Positions 8,914 through 19,727 of a stretch of DNA of 64,000 bases are shown here, piece after piece; position 1 is the stretch's first letter, and every line of letters begins with the position of its first letter. The stretch covers positions 2,560,001 to 2,624,000 of the forward strand of contig CBDDPY010000002.1 in assembly GCA_965232515.1 (NCBI GenBank). Reading direction: 5' to 3'. The notes beneath the pieces were generated by a model. The model was not told the DNA's origin. It saw nothing but the letters and a program-made list of their open reading frames with translations, and searched no databases. Made by a program: the position numbers and the translations under genes. This DNA is from Alphaproteobacteria bacterium (GTDB lineage Bacteria; Pseudomonadota; Alphaproteobacteria; GCA-2731375).

Positions 8914-10206
8914 CTAATCGACGAAGGGGTCGCGCACCAGGATCGTATCGTCGCGCTCCGGGCTGGTCGACAGCAGCGCCACGCGCACGCCGATCAGTTC
9001 CTCGATGCGGACGATGTACTTGATCGCCGTTGCCGGCAGATCGGCCCAGCTGCGCGCGCCGCGCGTGCTTTCCGACCAGCCTTCCAGGGTTTCGTAAACC
9101 GGCTCGACCCGGTGCTGCCGCTCGGACTCGGCCGGCAGGTAGCCGATGTCGTCACCGTCGAGCTTGTAGCCGATGCAGACCTTGATCTCGGGCATGCCGT
9201 CCAGCACGTCGAGCTTGGTGAGCGCAATGCCGTGAATGCCGCTCACCTTGACGGCCTGACGCACCATGACGGCGTCGAACCAGCCGCAGCGCCGCCGGCG
9301 CTGGGTGACGGTGCCGAACTCGTGGCCGCGCTCGCCCAGGCCGCGTCCGACGGCGTTGTCCTGCTCGGTCGGGAACGGGCCCTGGCCGACGCGGGTGGTG
9401 TAGGCCTTGGTGATGCCGAGGACGAAATTCACCGCGTCCGGGCCGATACCGCAGCCGACGGCCGCCTCGCCCGCGATGGTGTTGGACGAGGTGACGAACG
9501 GATAGGTGCCGTGGTCGACGTCCAGCATGGCGCCCTGCGCGCCCTCGAACAGGATGCGTTCGCCCTGCCGCCGGGCCTCGTCGAGGTCGCGCCAGATCAC
9601 GGAACTATAGGGCAAGATCTCGGGAGCGATGGCCTGAAGTTCGGCGATCAGTTCAACGCCGTCGACCTCGGGCTGCTGCAATCCGCGCCTGAGCGCGTTG
9701 TGGTGCACCAGCAGATGGTCGACCTTGAAGCTGAGCGTGTCCGGATCCGAGAGGTCGCAGACCCGGATCGCGCGCCGGCCGACCTTGTCCTCGTAGGCTG
9801 GGCCGATACCGCGCCGCGTGGTGCCGATGGCGCTGTTGCCGCGCGCCTCCTCGCGGAGCGCATCGAGCTCGCGATGCAGCGGCAGAATGAGCGTTGCGTT
9901 GTGCGCGATGCGCAGATTATCGGGGCCGACCTCGACGCCCATCTCGCGCACGGCGCGGATCTCCTCGACCAGCGCCCAGGGATCGATGACGACTCCGCTG
10001 CCGATCACCGACAGCTTGCCCGGTCGGACGATTCCGGACGGCAACAGGCTGAGCTTGTAGGTCTTGCCGTCGATAACGAGCGTATGCCCGGCGTTGTGGC
10101 CGCCCTGAAACCGCGCCACCACGGCCGCCCGCTCGGACAGCCAGTCGACGATCTTGCCCTTGCCCTCGTCGCCCCATTGCGAGCCGACCACCGCGACATT
10201 GGCCAT
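8914..10206 (-). CDS. purA: Adenylosuccinate synthetase
   Basis: [33 protein letters not shown]. Confidence 0.98.
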   Translation of the reverse strand: MANVAVVGSQWGDEGKGKIVDWLSERAAVVARFQGGHNAGHTLVIDGKTYKLSLLPSGIVRPGKLSVIGSGVVIDPWALVEEIRAVREMGVEVGPDNLRIAHNATLILPLHRELDALREEARGNSAIGTTRRGIGPAYEDKVGRRAIRVCDLSDPDTLSFKVDHLLVHHNALRRGLQQPEVDGVELIAELQAIAPEILPYSSVIWRDLDEARRQGERILFEGAQGAMLDVDHGTYPFVTSSNTIAGEAAVGCGIGPDAVNFVLGITKAYTTRVGQGPFPTEQDNAVGRGLGERGHEFGTVTQRRRRCGWFDAVMVRQAVKVSGIHGIALTKLDVLDGMPEIKVCIGYKLDGDDIGYLPAESERQHRVEPVYETLEGWSESTRGARSWADLPATAIKYIVRIEELIGVRVALLSTSPERDDTILVRDPFVD

Positions 10207-10256
10207 GCGTGCCCCTCTTCGTTCCGGTTGCCCGAGACCGCGGCGATGCGATCGGG

Positions 10257-11396
10257 TCAGTTCACCTCGACGGCGGCGCCGTCGAGAAAGACATGGCTGC
10301 AGCCCATCCGGCGCGCCTCGTCCGGCGCCGACTCGACGGCGGCGAGGCCACGCACCGTGCGCCAGCCATCCGCCCGGCAGCTTTTTGCGGCCGAGGCCGG
10401 CGTCCCGGCCGGCAGATAGAGCGTTCGGTCATTGGTAGGACTTGGTAGTGCTCGCATCACGCTGTCCATATAGAGCGTGAAGCCGGTCGCCGGCTCGCCG
10501 GTGGCCAAGTCGTAGCGGCCGCCCCGCCCCAGCTCGCCCCGCACGCCCTTCGCCAGCAAGGTGAAGCTGACGCCGGTCTGGTACTCGAAACCGCGACTTT
10601 CGCCGGGATCGACCGTCATCGTCAGACCTTCGCCATCGGCCTGCAGCACAGTGACGACCTCGGCCAACCGATTCACAATCCCCTTGGCGTCGGCCGGTAG
10701 GGCCAGGGACTGCAGCGCCGGCAGCGCCGTCGCGACGGGTCCGGCTGCATCCAGAACCCCGGACAGCAGCGTCTTTGCATCGTTAGGCAGACCGTCGAGC
10801 GCGGCCCGGTCCTTTCGGTCAAGCGCGGCCCGCACCCGCTCCGCCAGCACCGGCTCCAGGCCGAAGTGATCGCAGACGATCGGCACCAGGCTCGGCACCG
10901 TCAGATCGACGGACAGCTGCTTCACGCCGACGGCGTTCAGCGATTCGGCCGCCAGCAGCACGACCTCGGCGTCGCCCGCCGGCAGATCGGCGCCGATCAG
11001 CTCGACGCCGGCCTGGGCGAACTGCCGCTCGGGCCGCAGCTGCGCGCCGCGCACGCGCAGGACCTGGCCGGCATAGCAAAGCCGCAGCGGCCGCGGCAGC
11101 TCGCGCAGCCGGGTGATGGCGATGCGGGCGACCTGCGTGGTCATGTCGGCGCGCACGGCCATCATGCGCTGCGAGATCGGGTCCATCAGGCGGAACATGT
11201 GGCGGGCGACGCTGGCGCCCGGCCCCGCCAGCAGGCTCTCCTCGAATTCGATCAGCGGCGGCTTGACGCGCTCGTAGCCCTGCGCCGAAAAGGCGCCGAT
11301 CAGCCGCTCGATGACCCGCGCCTCGTGCGCGGCAAGCGGCGGCAGATCGTCGTGCAGGCCCTCGGGCAGCAGCGCAAGATTGGCCGTATCGTCCAT
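10257..11396 (-). CDS. hisZ: ATP phosphoribosyltransferase regulatory subunit
   Basis: HisRS-like [39 protein letters not shown]; adjacent to purA. Confidence 0.92.
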   Translation of the reverse strand: MDDTANLALLPEGLHDDLPPLAAHEARVIERLIGAFSAQGYERVKPPLIEFEESLLAGPGASVARHMFRLMDPISQRMMAVRADMTTQVARIAITRLRELPRPLRLCYAGQVLRVRGAQLRPERQFAQAGVELIGADLPAGDAEVVLLAAESLNAVGVKQLSVDLTVPSLVPIVCDHFGLEPVLAERVRAALDRKDRAALDGLPNDAKTLLSGVLDAAGPVATALPALQSLALPADAKGIVNRLAEVVTVLQADGEGLTMTVDPGESRGFEYQTGVSFTLLAKGVRGELGRGGRYDLATGEPATGFTLYMDSVMRALPSPTNDRTLYLPAGTPASAAKSCRADGWRTVRGLAAVESAPDEARRMGCSHVFLDGAAVEVN

Positions 11397-11466
11397 GGCG
11401 TCGAAAGTCTAGCTCACAACCCGGTCACGAGACAGCGCGGGCACGCAGGCGCCGCGCCGTCCGCCG

Positions 11467-13050
11467 CTAACCGAAGGTCAGCGGCTTCGCCTGGACGACG
11501 TGGCTGAGGCCGCGCACCTCGGCCAGCACCTTCTCGGACACCGCCTGGTCCACCTCGATGAGCGCGATGGCATCGCCGCCAGCCTCGGCCCGGCCGAGAT
11601 GGAAGGTGGCGATATTGACGCCGGCATTGCCCAGCGTGGTGCCGAGCGCGCCGATGAAGCCGGGCTTGTCCTCGTTGGTGACGTAAAGCATGTTCGGCGC
11701 CGTCTCGGCCTCGAGCTTGATGCCCTTGATCTGCACGATGCGCGGCCGCCGGTCGGCGAACAGCGTGCCGGCGACCGACCGGCTCTGCCGCTCGGTGGTG
11801 ACGGTCAGGCGGATTAGCGTCTGGTAGTCGCCGGGCGCCTCGTCGCGCGTCTCGCGCACGTCGATGTCGCGCTGCTTGGCGATGGCCGCGGCGTTGACCA
11901 TGTTGACCGTGTCCATCAGCGGACTGAGCAATCCTTCCAGCACGATCGAGGTCAGCGGCCGGGTGTTCAGCGTCGCGACATGGCCTTCGTATTCGATGTG
12001 CACGCCCTGGATCGCCGTCTCGGTGAGCTGCCCGGCGAAGCTGCCGAGCTCGCGCGCGAGATCGAAATAGGGCCGCAGCCGCGGCGCCTCCTCGGCCGTG
12101 ACCGAGGCCATGTTCAGCGCGTTGGTGACCGCCCCGTCGAGCAGGTAGTCGGACATCTGCTCGGCCACCTGAACGGCGACATTCTCCTGCGCTTCCGAGG
12201 TCGAGGCCCCGAGATGCGGCGTCGCCACGACCTTGTCATGGCCGAACAGCACGTTCTCCTTCGCCGGTTCCTGCGAAAACACGTCGAGCGCGGCGCCGCC
12301 GACCTGGCCGGAATCGAGCGCCGCCAGCAGGTCGGCCTCGACGATCAGGCCGCCGCGCGCGCAGTTGATCAGGCGCACGCCCTGCTTGGCCTTGGCCAAC
12401 GTCTCGCTGTTGAGCAGGCCCTTGGTCGATTCCGTCATTGGCGTGTGCAGCGAGATGAAGTCGGCGCGGGCCAACAGCTCGTCGAGCTCCACCTTCTCGA
12501 TGCCGAGTTCGACGGCGCGCTCGAGCGCCAGGAACGGGTCGTAGACGACGACGCGCATCTTCAGGCCCTGCGCCCGGTCGGCCACGATCGAGCCGATATT
12601 GCCGCAGCCGATGATGCCGAGCACCTTGCCGTAGAGCTCGACGCCCATGAAGCGGCTCTTCTCCCACTTGCCGGCGTGGGTCGATTCATTGGCGGCCGGG
12701 ATCTCCCGCGCCAGCGCCAGCATCATCGAGATGGCATGCTCGGCCGTCGTGATCGAGTTTCCGAACGGCGTGTTCATGACACAGACGCCGTTCGCCGTCG
12801 CCGCCTCGATATCGACATTGTCGACGCCGATGCCGGCGCGGCCGACGACCTTGAGCCGGCCATTGGCCGCGTTCAGGACATCTGATGTCACCTTGGTGGC
12901 CGACCGCACGGCGAGACCGTCATAGTCGCCGATCGCGGCGACCAGATCCTCGGGGCTGAGGTCGGTTCGCTCATCGACATCGACGCCCCGGCCGCGGAAC
13001 ACCTCCGCCGCGCGCGGGCTCATCTTGTCGGAAATCAGTACTTTCACCAT
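11467..13050 (-). CDS. serA: D-3-phosphoglycerate dehydrogenase (with ASB/ACT domains)
   Basis: RAGIGVDNVD, GCGNIG, INCARGG, TPHLGAST, C-terminal ACT DKPGFIG. Confidence 0.97.
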   Translation of the reverse strand: MVKVLISDKMSPRAAEVFRGRGVDVDERTDLSPEDLVAAIGDYDGLAVRSATKVTSDVLNAANGRLKVVGRAGIGVDNVDIEAATANGVCVMNTPFGNSITTAEHAISMMLALAREIPAANESTHAGKWEKSRFMGVELYGKVLGIIGCGNIGSIVADRAQGLKMRVVVYDPFLALERAVELGIEKVELDELLARADFISLHTPMTESTKGLLNSETLAKAKQGVRLINCARGGLIVEADLLAALDSGQVGGAALDVFSQEPAKENVLFGHDKVVATPHLGASTSEAQENVAVQVAEQMSDYLLDGAVTNALNMASVTAEEAPRLRPYFDLARELGSFAGQLTETAIQGVHIEYEGHVATLNTRPLTSIVLEGLLSPLMDTVNMVNAAAIAKQRDIDVRETRDEAPGDYQTLIRLTVTTERQSRSVAGTLFADRRPRIVQIKGIKLEAETAPNMLYVTNEDKPGFIGALGTTLGNAGVNIATFHLGRAEAGGDAIALIEVDQAVSEKVLAEVRGLSHVVQAKPLTFG

Positions 13051-13062
13051 GGTATCGGATCC

Positions 13063-14226
13063 TCAGGCGGCCGGCCGATGGGCCGTCTTGGTTTCGGCAT
13101 AGGCCCAGTCGAGCCAGGGCAGCAGGGCGGCGATATCGTCGGTCTCTATGGTCGCGCCGCACCAGATGCGCAGGCCCGGCGGCGCGTCGCGATAGGCGCC
13201 GATATCGAGCGCCACGCCCTCCTGCTCGAGCGTCGCGGCAAGCTGCTTGGCAACGGCAGCCTGCCGGTCGGTCGGCAGGCCGGCGAACCAGTCGTCGACA
13301 ATCGAGAGGCAGACCGACGTGCAGGAGCGGCTCGCCGGATCGGCGGCCAGGAAGTCGACCCAGCCGGTGCGGGCAACCCAGTCGGCAATCGTGGCGAGGT
13401 TACGCTCCGACCGCGCAATCAGACCGTCCAGTCCGCCAACCGATTCGGCCCAGGTCAGCGCGGCGAGATAGTCCTCGACGCAGAGCATGGACGGCGTGTT
13501 GATGGTCTCGCCCTTGAACACGCCCTCGATCAGCTTGCCGCCCTTGGTCAGACGGAAGATCTTCGGCAGCGGCCAGGGCGGCGCGTAGCTCTCGAGCCGG
13601 GCGACGGCGCGCGGGCTCAGGATCAGCATGCCGTGCTGCGCCTCGCCGCCCAGCACCTTTTGCCAGGAGAAGGTGGTGACGTCGAGCTTGTCCCACGGCA
13701 GCGCCATGGCGAACGCGGCCGAGGTCGCATCGCAAATCGTCAGGCCCTGCCGTTCGTCGGCGATCCAGTCGCCATCCGGCACCCGCACGCCCGAGGTGGT
13801 GCCGTTCCAGCAGAACACGATGTCGCGCGCCGGATCGGCTTGCGACAGGTCGGGCAGATCGCCGTAGCCGGCCTCGAGCACTCGCACGTCTTCCAGCTTC
13901 AGCTGCTTCAGCACGTCGGTCACCCAACCGTGGCCGAAACTCTCCCAGGCCAGCAGATCGATGCCGCGTTCGCCGAGCAGCGACCACAAGGCCATCTCGA
14001 CGGCGCCGGTGTCGGACGCCGGCGTGATGCCGATGCGATAGTCGGCCGGCACGCCAAGCAGATCCCGGGTCCGTTCGATGGCCGCCGACAGGCGCGCCTT
14101 GCCGTCTTTCGACCGGTGCGATCGTCCGAGCACCGCGTCGGCCAGCGCCTGGGGGCTCCAGCCGGGATACTTGGCACAGGGGCCGGACGAGAAATTCGGC
14201 ACGTCGGGCGCAAGGTTCGGCTTCAT
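13063..14226 (-). CDS. serC: Phosphoserine aminotransferase (alphaproteobacterial type)
   Basis: [40 protein letters not shown]; directly upstream of serA. Confidence 0.95.
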   Translation of the reverse strand: MKPNLAPDVPNFSSGPCAKYPGWSPQALADAVLGRSHRSKDGKARLSAAIERTRDLLGVPADYRIGITPASDTGAVEMALWSLLGERGIDLLAWESFGHGWVTDVLKQLKLEDVRVLEAGYGDLPDLSQADPARDIVFCWNGTTSGVRVPDGDWIADERQGLTICDATSAAFAMALPWDKLDVTTFSWQKVLGGEAQHGMLILSPRAVARLESYAPPWPLPKIFRLTKGGKLIEGVFKGETINTPSMLCVEDYLAALTWAESVGGLDGLIARSERNLATIADWVARTGWVDFLAADPASRSCTSVCLSIVDDWFAGLPTDRQAAVAKQLAATLEQEGVALDIGAYRDAPPGLRIWCGATIETDDIAALLPWLDWAYAETKTAHRPAA

Positions 14227-14231
14227 CGACT

Positions 14232-14285
14232 TCTTCCCTTCAGTGGGCGTTGCCCCGACAACGCCGACACACATTCCCGCTGGCC
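14232..14285 (-). promoter_or_regulatory. serC-leader-like structured 5' UTR
   Basis: Perfect 7-bp hairpin GGCGTTG/CAACGCC (14246-14265) just before the SD region CTGAAGGGAAG; same position as the alphaproteobacterial serC leader. Confidence 0.4.
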
Positions 14286-14570
14286 GAGCCTCCGAAGACG
14301 CGGCAATGCCGGCCTCGGATCGAGGTCCATGCGATTGATTTGGACTGTTCCTATTCCATGCGATCGCTGCCGGCGGGGTCGCGAAGCATATTGCGCAGCG
14401 TATGCAAAAGTCCCATTAACGACGTCGGACGGCGGCGATAGTATGGACGCGCCTTGCCATGTCAACGGGCGATTTGTCGCGGTCGGGCATCGGCACCCGG
14501 TTGACTTCCATGGCCGCCGGCGTTTGTCATGCGGCCTTCGAATTCGCGTTCCCGATCGAGGCGTCAGCGC

Positions 14571-15704
14571 ATGATTCCCTGCCAACGATCCCTGTTCGAC
14601 CTGCCCGACGACGTGGCCTATTTCAACTGCGCCTATATGTCGCCGCTGATGAAGCCGGTCGTGGCCGCCGGTGAGGCCGGGGTCGCCCGCAAGGCCCGGC
14701 CGTGGCAGATAACCCCGCCGGACTTCTTCACAGGCCCGGAGAAGGCCCGCGGTCTGTTCGCCGAGCTGATCGGCGGCGAAGCCGACAACATCGCGGTCAT
14801 TCCGGCCGCCAGCTATGGGATCGCGGCTGCCGCCCGCAACATCCCCATCGGGCGCAATCAGCGCGTCGTGGTGCTGGCGAGCCAGTTTCCCTCCAACGTC
14901 TATGTCTGGCGCGAGCGCACGCGCGAGACCGGCGGCAAGTTCACCACCGTCAAGCGGCCCGACAACGGCGACTGGACGTCGGCGATCCTCGACGCCATCG
15001 ACGACGACACCGCGGTGGTCGCGACCGCGAACTGCCACTGGACCGACGGCGGACTGATCGACGTGGCGGCTGTCGGCAGCCGATGCCGCGAGGTTGGCGC
15101 GGCCTTCGTGCTCGACCTGACGCAGTCGATCGGCGCGCTGCCCTTCGATGTGCAAGCGGCGCACGCCGATTTCGCCATTGCCGCCTGCTACAAATGGATG
15201 ATGGGGCCCTACTCGCTGGGTTTCATGCACGTGGCGCCGCGCTACCACGAAGGCCGGCCGCTGGAACACAACTGGATGGCGCGAGCCGGCAGCGAGGATT
15301 TCACGGCGCTGGTGAACTACCAAAACGACTTTCAGCCCGGCGCGCGGCGGTTCGACATGGGCGAGACGGCGAACTTTCATCTGCTGCCCATGGCCATCGC
15401 CGCGCTCGAGCAGTTGCTGGCCTGGACGCCCGCGGCCGTGCAAACGACGCTGACCGAGATGACCGGATCGATCGCGGCGCGCGCGGAACAGCTTGGCCTG
15501 ATCGCCTCCGATCCGCGCTACCGCGCCGGCCACTTCCTCGGCCTCCGCTTTCCGGGCGGACCGCCGGACGGGCTGCTGGAACGCCTCGCACAAGCTCAGG
15601 TGCATGTCAGCCTGCGCGGCGATTCGATGCGGGTGACGCCGCACGTCTACAACAACACGGCCGATATCGACCGGCTGATCGACACCCTGCAATCTTCGCT
15701 TTGA
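14571..15704 (+). CDS. Class V PLP-dependent aminotransferase/lyase
   Basis: YFNCAYMSP, VLDLTQSIG, PLP lysine in ACYKWMMGP. Confidence 0.85.
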   Translation: MIPCQRSLFDLPDDVAYFNCAYMSPLMKPVVAAGEAGVARKARPWQITPPDFFTGPEKARGLFAELIGGEADNIAVIPAASYGIAAAARNIPIGRNQRVVVLASQFPSNVYVWRERTRETGGKFTTVKRPDNGDWTSAILDAIDDDTAVVATANCHWTDGGLIDVAAVGSRCREVGAAFVLDLTQSIGALPFDVQAAHADFAIAACYKWMMGPYSLGFMHVAPRYHEGRPLEHNWMARAGSEDFTALVNYQNDFQPGARRFDMGETANFHLLPMAIAALEQLLAWTPAAVQTTLTEMTGSIAARAEQLGLIASDPRYRAGHFLGLRFPGGPPDGLLERLAQAQVHVSLRGDSMRVTPHVYNNTADIDRLIDTLQSSL

Positions 15705-15735
15705 CCAAGAATTCGACAGACGGAGCTGGCGACAG

Positions 15736-16725
15736 ATGACCATGCAATACGTCCCGTTCGGCAATACCGGCATGAAGGTCTCGCGGCTGTGCCTCGGCAC
15801 GCTCACCTTCGGCGCGCCGCAATGGCGCGACTGGGTGATGGACGAGGCCGACAGCCGGCCGATCGTCAAGTCGGCGCTGGATGCCGGCATCAACTTCATC
15901 GACACGGCCGACATGTATTCGCTCGGCGCCAGCGAGGAGGTCGTCGGCAAGATCCTCGCCGACATCGGGCCGCCGCGCGACGAGCTGGTGGTGGCGACCA
16001 AGGTCTACAACCGCATGAAGGACGATCCCAACGCCCGCGGCCTGTCGCGCAAGCACATCATGGAGGGCATCGACGCGTCGCTGAAGCGGCTACGGATGGA
16101 CTATGTCGACCTCTACCAGATACACCGCTGGGACTACGAGACGCCGATCGAGGAGACGCTGGACGCGCTGAATGACGTAGTGCGCGCCGGCAAAGCGCTC
16201 TATATCGGCGCGTCCAGCATGTGGGCCTGGCAGTTCATGAAGGCGCTGGAGATTTCGCGCCGCAACGGCTGGGCGCCGTTCGTCTCGATGCAGCCGCACT
16301 ACAACCTGATCTACCGCGAGGAGGAACGCGAGATGCTGCCGCTCTGCCGCAGCGAGGGCATTGCCGTCATTCCCTGGAGCCCGCTGGCGCGCGGCTTCCT
16401 GGCCGGCAACCGGCACCGGCAGGGCGGCGGCGACACGGCGCGGGCGAAGAACGATCCGATGGCGCAGCAGGACTATTACAGCGACCAGGATTTCCAGATC
16501 GCCGACAAGGTCGTCGAGATCGCGCACAAGCGCGGCGTCGCTCCGACGCAGGTGGCGCTCGCCTGGCACTTAAGCAAGCCGCACATCACCGCGCCCATTG
16601 TCGGCGTCTCCAAGGTCGAGCACGTGCTGAGCCACGTCGCCGCGCTGGAGGTCGAGCTGACGGACGACGAGATCGCCGCGCTGGACGCGCCGTACCGGCC
16701 GAAACCGGTCGCCGGACACGAATAG
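15736..16725 (+). CDS. Aldo/keto reductase (YajO/aryl-alcohol dehydrogenase-like)
   Basis: VSRLCLGT, IDTADMY, ATKV, DYVDLYQIHRWD, IPWSPLARG. Confidence 0.92.
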   Translation: MTMQYVPFGNTGMKVSRLCLGTLTFGAPQWRDWVMDEADSRPIVKSALDAGINFIDTADMYSLGASEEVVGKILADIGPPRDELVVATKVYNRMKDDPNARGLSRKHIMEGIDASLKRLRMDYVDLYQIHRWDYETPIEETLDALNDVVRAGKALYIGASSMWAWQFMKALEISRRNGWAPFVSMQPHYNLIYREEEREMLPLCRSEGIAVIPWSPLARGFLAGNRHRQGGGDTARAKNDPMAQQDYYSDQDFQIADKVVEIAHKRGVAPTQVALAWHLSKPHITAPIVGVSKVEHVLSHVAALEVELTDDEIAALDAPYRPKPVAGHE

Positions 16726-16735
16726 GGACCAACTC

Positions 16736-17917
16736 ATGACAATCGATGTCGCGGCCGTACGGGCCGACACGCCGGGCTGCGCCAACGTCGCGCATCTCTA
16801 CAATTGCGGCGCCGGGCTGATGCCGCGCCAAGTGTTGGACAGTCTGACCGCGCACTTGACGCTGGAGGCGGAGATCGGCGGCTACGAGGCGGCCAACCGT
16901 TGCGAGGCCGCCGTGGCGCACAGCTATGACGCCATCGCCACGCTGCTGAATTGCGATGCCGACGAGATCGCCATGGTCGAGAATGCGACCGTCGGCTGGG
17001 ACATGGCCTTCTACGGCATGTCGTTCCAGCCTGGCGACCGGATCCTGACGGCGATATCCGAATACGCCTCGAACTACATCGCCTTCCTGCAGGTGGCGAA
17101 GCGCACCGGGGCCGAGATCGTCGTGGTGCCGAACGACGCGGCGGGACAGCTCGACGTGGCGGCGCTGGAAAACCTGATCGACGCGCGCGCCAGGCTGATC
17201 GCGGTAACCCACGTGCCGACGAACGGCGGCCTCGTCAATCCGGCGGCCGAGATCGGACGCGTCGCCCGGGCCGCCGGCGTGCCGTTTCTGCTGGACGCCT
17301 GCCAGGCGGCCGGACATCTGTCGCTCGACGTGCAGGCGATCGGCTGCGACATGCTGTCGGCGACCGGCCGCAAGTATCTGCGCGGCCCCCGGGGCACCGG
17401 GTTCCTTTACGTCGCCCGCCACATGTTGGACAGGCTGGAGCCGCCGTTTCTGGACCTGCACGCGGCCAACTGGGTCGCGCCGGACCGCTACGAACTGCGG
17501 CCCGACGCCAAGCGTTTCGAGAACTGGGAAAGCTACATCGCCGGCAAGATCGGCCTCGGCGTCGCCGTCGATTACGCGCTGGCGCTGGGCATGGACGCCG
17601 TCGAGCAGCGCGTCGACATGCTGGCGGCGGGACTGCGCCAACGCCTCGACTCAATTCCGGCGGTTCGGGTTCAGGATCTCGGCGCCCGCAAATGCGGGAT
17701 CATCAGCTTCTCGATCGACGGGGTCGATCCGAACGACGTCGTGCGCGAGATGGCGGACCGCAACATCAATATCGGCACGACCTCGGTCTTCAGCACCCGG
17801 ATCGACATGGGCGGTCGCGACATCCAACTGATGAACCGGATGGGATTGCACTACTACAATTCCGAGGACGAGCTCGACCGCTTCGCCACGCTGGTCGAAG
17901 ACCTCAGCCGGCGCTGA
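16736..17917 (+). CDS. Class V PLP-dependent enzyme (desulfurase-like fold, no catalytic Cys motif)
   Basis: THVPTNGGLVNP, LLDACQAAG, PLP lysine in ATGRKYLRGPRGTG. Confidence 0.85.
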   Translation: MTIDVAAVRADTPGCANVAHLYNCGAGLMPRQVLDSLTAHLTLEAEIGGYEAANRCEAAVAHSYDAIATLLNCDADEIAMVENATVGWDMAFYGMSFQPGDRILTAISEYASNYIAFLQVAKRTGAEIVVVPNDAAGQLDVAALENLIDARARLIAVTHVPTNGGLVNPAAEIGRVARAAGVPFLLDACQAAGHLSLDVQAIGCDMLSATGRKYLRGPRGTGFLYVARHMLDRLEPPFLDLHAANWVAPDRYELRPDAKRFENWESYIAGKIGLGVAVDYALALGMDAVEQRVDMLAAGLRQRLDSIPAVRVQDLGARKCGIISFSIDGVDPNDVVREMADRNINIGTTSVFSTRIDMGGRDIQLMNRMGLHYYNSEDELDRFATLVEDLSRR

Positions 17918-18815
17918 CGCCAGCGCCGGCGAGTGACGCCTGTTCGCGGGTCAGGGCATCGACGACGAAACCGGCCACGACCTTGGTCCGCGCGTGGTCG
18001 CGGATGCGCCGGTCGATCAGCAACCACATGCTGAGGCGCCCCAGCTCGTCCGGACCGAACAGCCGCCGCAGTCCCGCGTCGCCGTCGGCCAGCAGACAGG
18101 GCAGCATGGCGATGCCGACCCCGGCACGGGCCGCGGTCAACCGGGCATGCGGGCTGTTGCTGCGCAGGGCGATGGTCGTCCCCTGGCGACGGCGGCGCAG
18201 CCATTTCGCCGGTGCGACGTGGCCGGCGGAGATGTCGAAGTCGATCACATCGTGATCGGTCAGGCGATCGACGCTGTCGGGCCGGCCCCGACAGTCGAGA
18301 TAGGCCGGCGCGGCATAGACCCCGAAGCCGACGGCGAACGACTCGCGCGCGACGAAATCGCCCTGCGCTGGCTTCTGAAAGCGCAGCGCCAGGTCGGTAT
18401 CGCGGCCGGAGATCTCAGCCGCCGGACTGCCGCTGACCAGCTCCACCCGCAATCCCGGATGATCCCGCTGCAACTGCCCCAGACCGCCGGACAACAGCTC
18501 GGCCGCGACGAATTCCGGCGCCGTGATCCGCACGTCGCCGGCGACCGTCGGCGACCGTCCCGACAGCAGGCGCTTGGCCGCGAACAGCTCCGTCTCGATG
18601 GTCTCGGCCGTGCGCAGCAGCAGCTCGCCGTCGGCCGTCGGCACATAGCCCGAGCGGCGCTGCGCGAACAGCTTCAGCCCGAGTTCCGCCTCCAGCGCCG
18701 CAATGTGGCGCCACACGGTTGCCGGCGACACGCCCAGTCGCCGGCTGGCCTCGGCCAGGCTGCCGGACTGGGCCACGGCCAGCAGATAGCGCAGGTCATC
18801 CCAGCTTTCCGACAT
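17904..18815 (-). CDS. LysR family transcriptional regulator
   Basis: WDDLRYLLAVAQSGSLAEASRRLGVSPATVWRHIAALE HTH plus substrate-binding domain. Confidence 0.92.
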   Translation of the reverse strand: MSESWDDLRYLLAVAQSGSLAEASRRLGVSPATVWRHIAALEAELGLKLFAQRRSGYVPTADGELLLRTAETIETELFAAKRLLSGRSPTVAGDVRITAPEFVAAELLSGGLGQLQRDHPGLRVELVSGSPAAEISGRDTDLALRFQKPAQGDFVARESFAVGFGVYAAPAYLDCRGRPDSVDRLTDHDVIDFDISAGHVAPAKWLRRRRQGTTIALRSNSPHARLTAARAGVGIAMLPCLLADGDAGLRRLFGPDELGRLSMWLLIDRRIRDHARTKVVAGFVVDALTREQASLAGAGVSAG

Positions 18816-18821
18816 GAGAAA

Positions 18822-18839
18822 TCTTTCATTTTTGAAAGA
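18822..18839. promoter_or_regulatory. LysR-type recognition site (T-N11-A)
   Basis: Perfect inverted repeat TCTTTCA-TTTT-TGAAAGA a few nt upstream of the lysR start, in the divergent promoter. Confidence 0.6.
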
Positions 18840-18933
18840 ACAACATTCAAATTTATCGACTTATGTTTCAAATACGGCAAGCCTATCTTCACAGCATTGG
18901 ACATCCCGACAGGTTTGTGACGGAACGAAACCC

Positions 18934-19260
18934 ATGTCTCAATCGACCTTTCCCGACGCCATCCGGCGGCTGGAGCCCTACAGCGAGCGCTTCGACGCGT
19001 ATCGGCTGCGCGGCCAGGGCTGCGATGTCTATTTCGCCACTTATCCGGCCGGCACGGAGATCGAGCCGCATCATCACGACAGCGACAATCACGGTCTGAT
19101 CACCAAGGGCGAGCTGATCCTGCTGATCGATGGGGAGGAGCGGCGCTTCGCGGCCGGCAGCTGGTATCACATCCCGCCCGGCGCCACGCACGCGGCGCGC
19201 TTCGAGCAGTCGACCGAAGAGATCGAGTTCTGGTTTACCGGCGGCTCAGCGCCAGGCTAA
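18934..19260 (+). CDS. Cupin domain protein
   Basis: Cupin motifs PHHHDSDNHG and GSWYHIPPGATH. Confidence 0.85.
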   Translation: MSQSTFPDAIRRLEPYSERFDAYRLRGQGCDVYFATYPAGTEIEPHHHDSDNHGLITKGELILLIDGEERRFAAGSWYHIPPGATHAARFEQSTEEIEFWFTGGSAPG

Positions 19261-19727
19261 CGCAGGTCGAGTTCGAGAAACTTGGCGGTGGGCACGGGAT
19301 TGAAGCAGTAGGGTTCGATCTCGCGGAATCCCCGGGCGAGATAGATCTCGATTGCCCGCGGCTGTGCGTCGGTCACCGTATCCAGCCGCATGGCCCGATA
19401 GCCCAGGCGCCGCCCCTCGGCAATGACGGCATCGACCAGCCGGGAGCCGAGGCCAGTGCCCCGCGCCGTCGGCCGGAGATAAAGCCGCTTCATCTCGCAG
19501 AATCCGTCGCCGAGGTCGCGCAGGCCGACCACGCCGACCGGCAGGCTATCAAGCTTCGCCAACAGCAGCGCGCCCGTCGGTGGCCCGTACTTGCCGGGAA
19601 AGTCTTTCAGCTCGGCCTCGAAATCCTGGAAATCGAGCTCGAATTCCAGGTCGTCGACATATTCACGAAACAGCGTCTTGACGGCGTCGAGATCCGCACC
19701 GGTCCGCGCCTGCACGATCTCGCTCAC
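19257..19727 (-). CDS. GNAT family N-acetyltransferase
   Basis: CEMKRLYLRPTARGTGLG motif A; GTG start overlaps the PhzF stop (GTGA). Confidence 0.88.
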   Translation of the reverse strand: MSEIVQARTGADLDAVKTLFREYVDDLEFELDFQDFEAELKDFPGKYGPPTGALLLAKLDSLPVGVVGLRDLGDGFCEMKRLYLRPTARGTGLGSRLVDAVIAEGRRLGYRAMRLDTVTDAQPRAIEIYLARGFREIEPYCFNPVPTAKFLELDLR

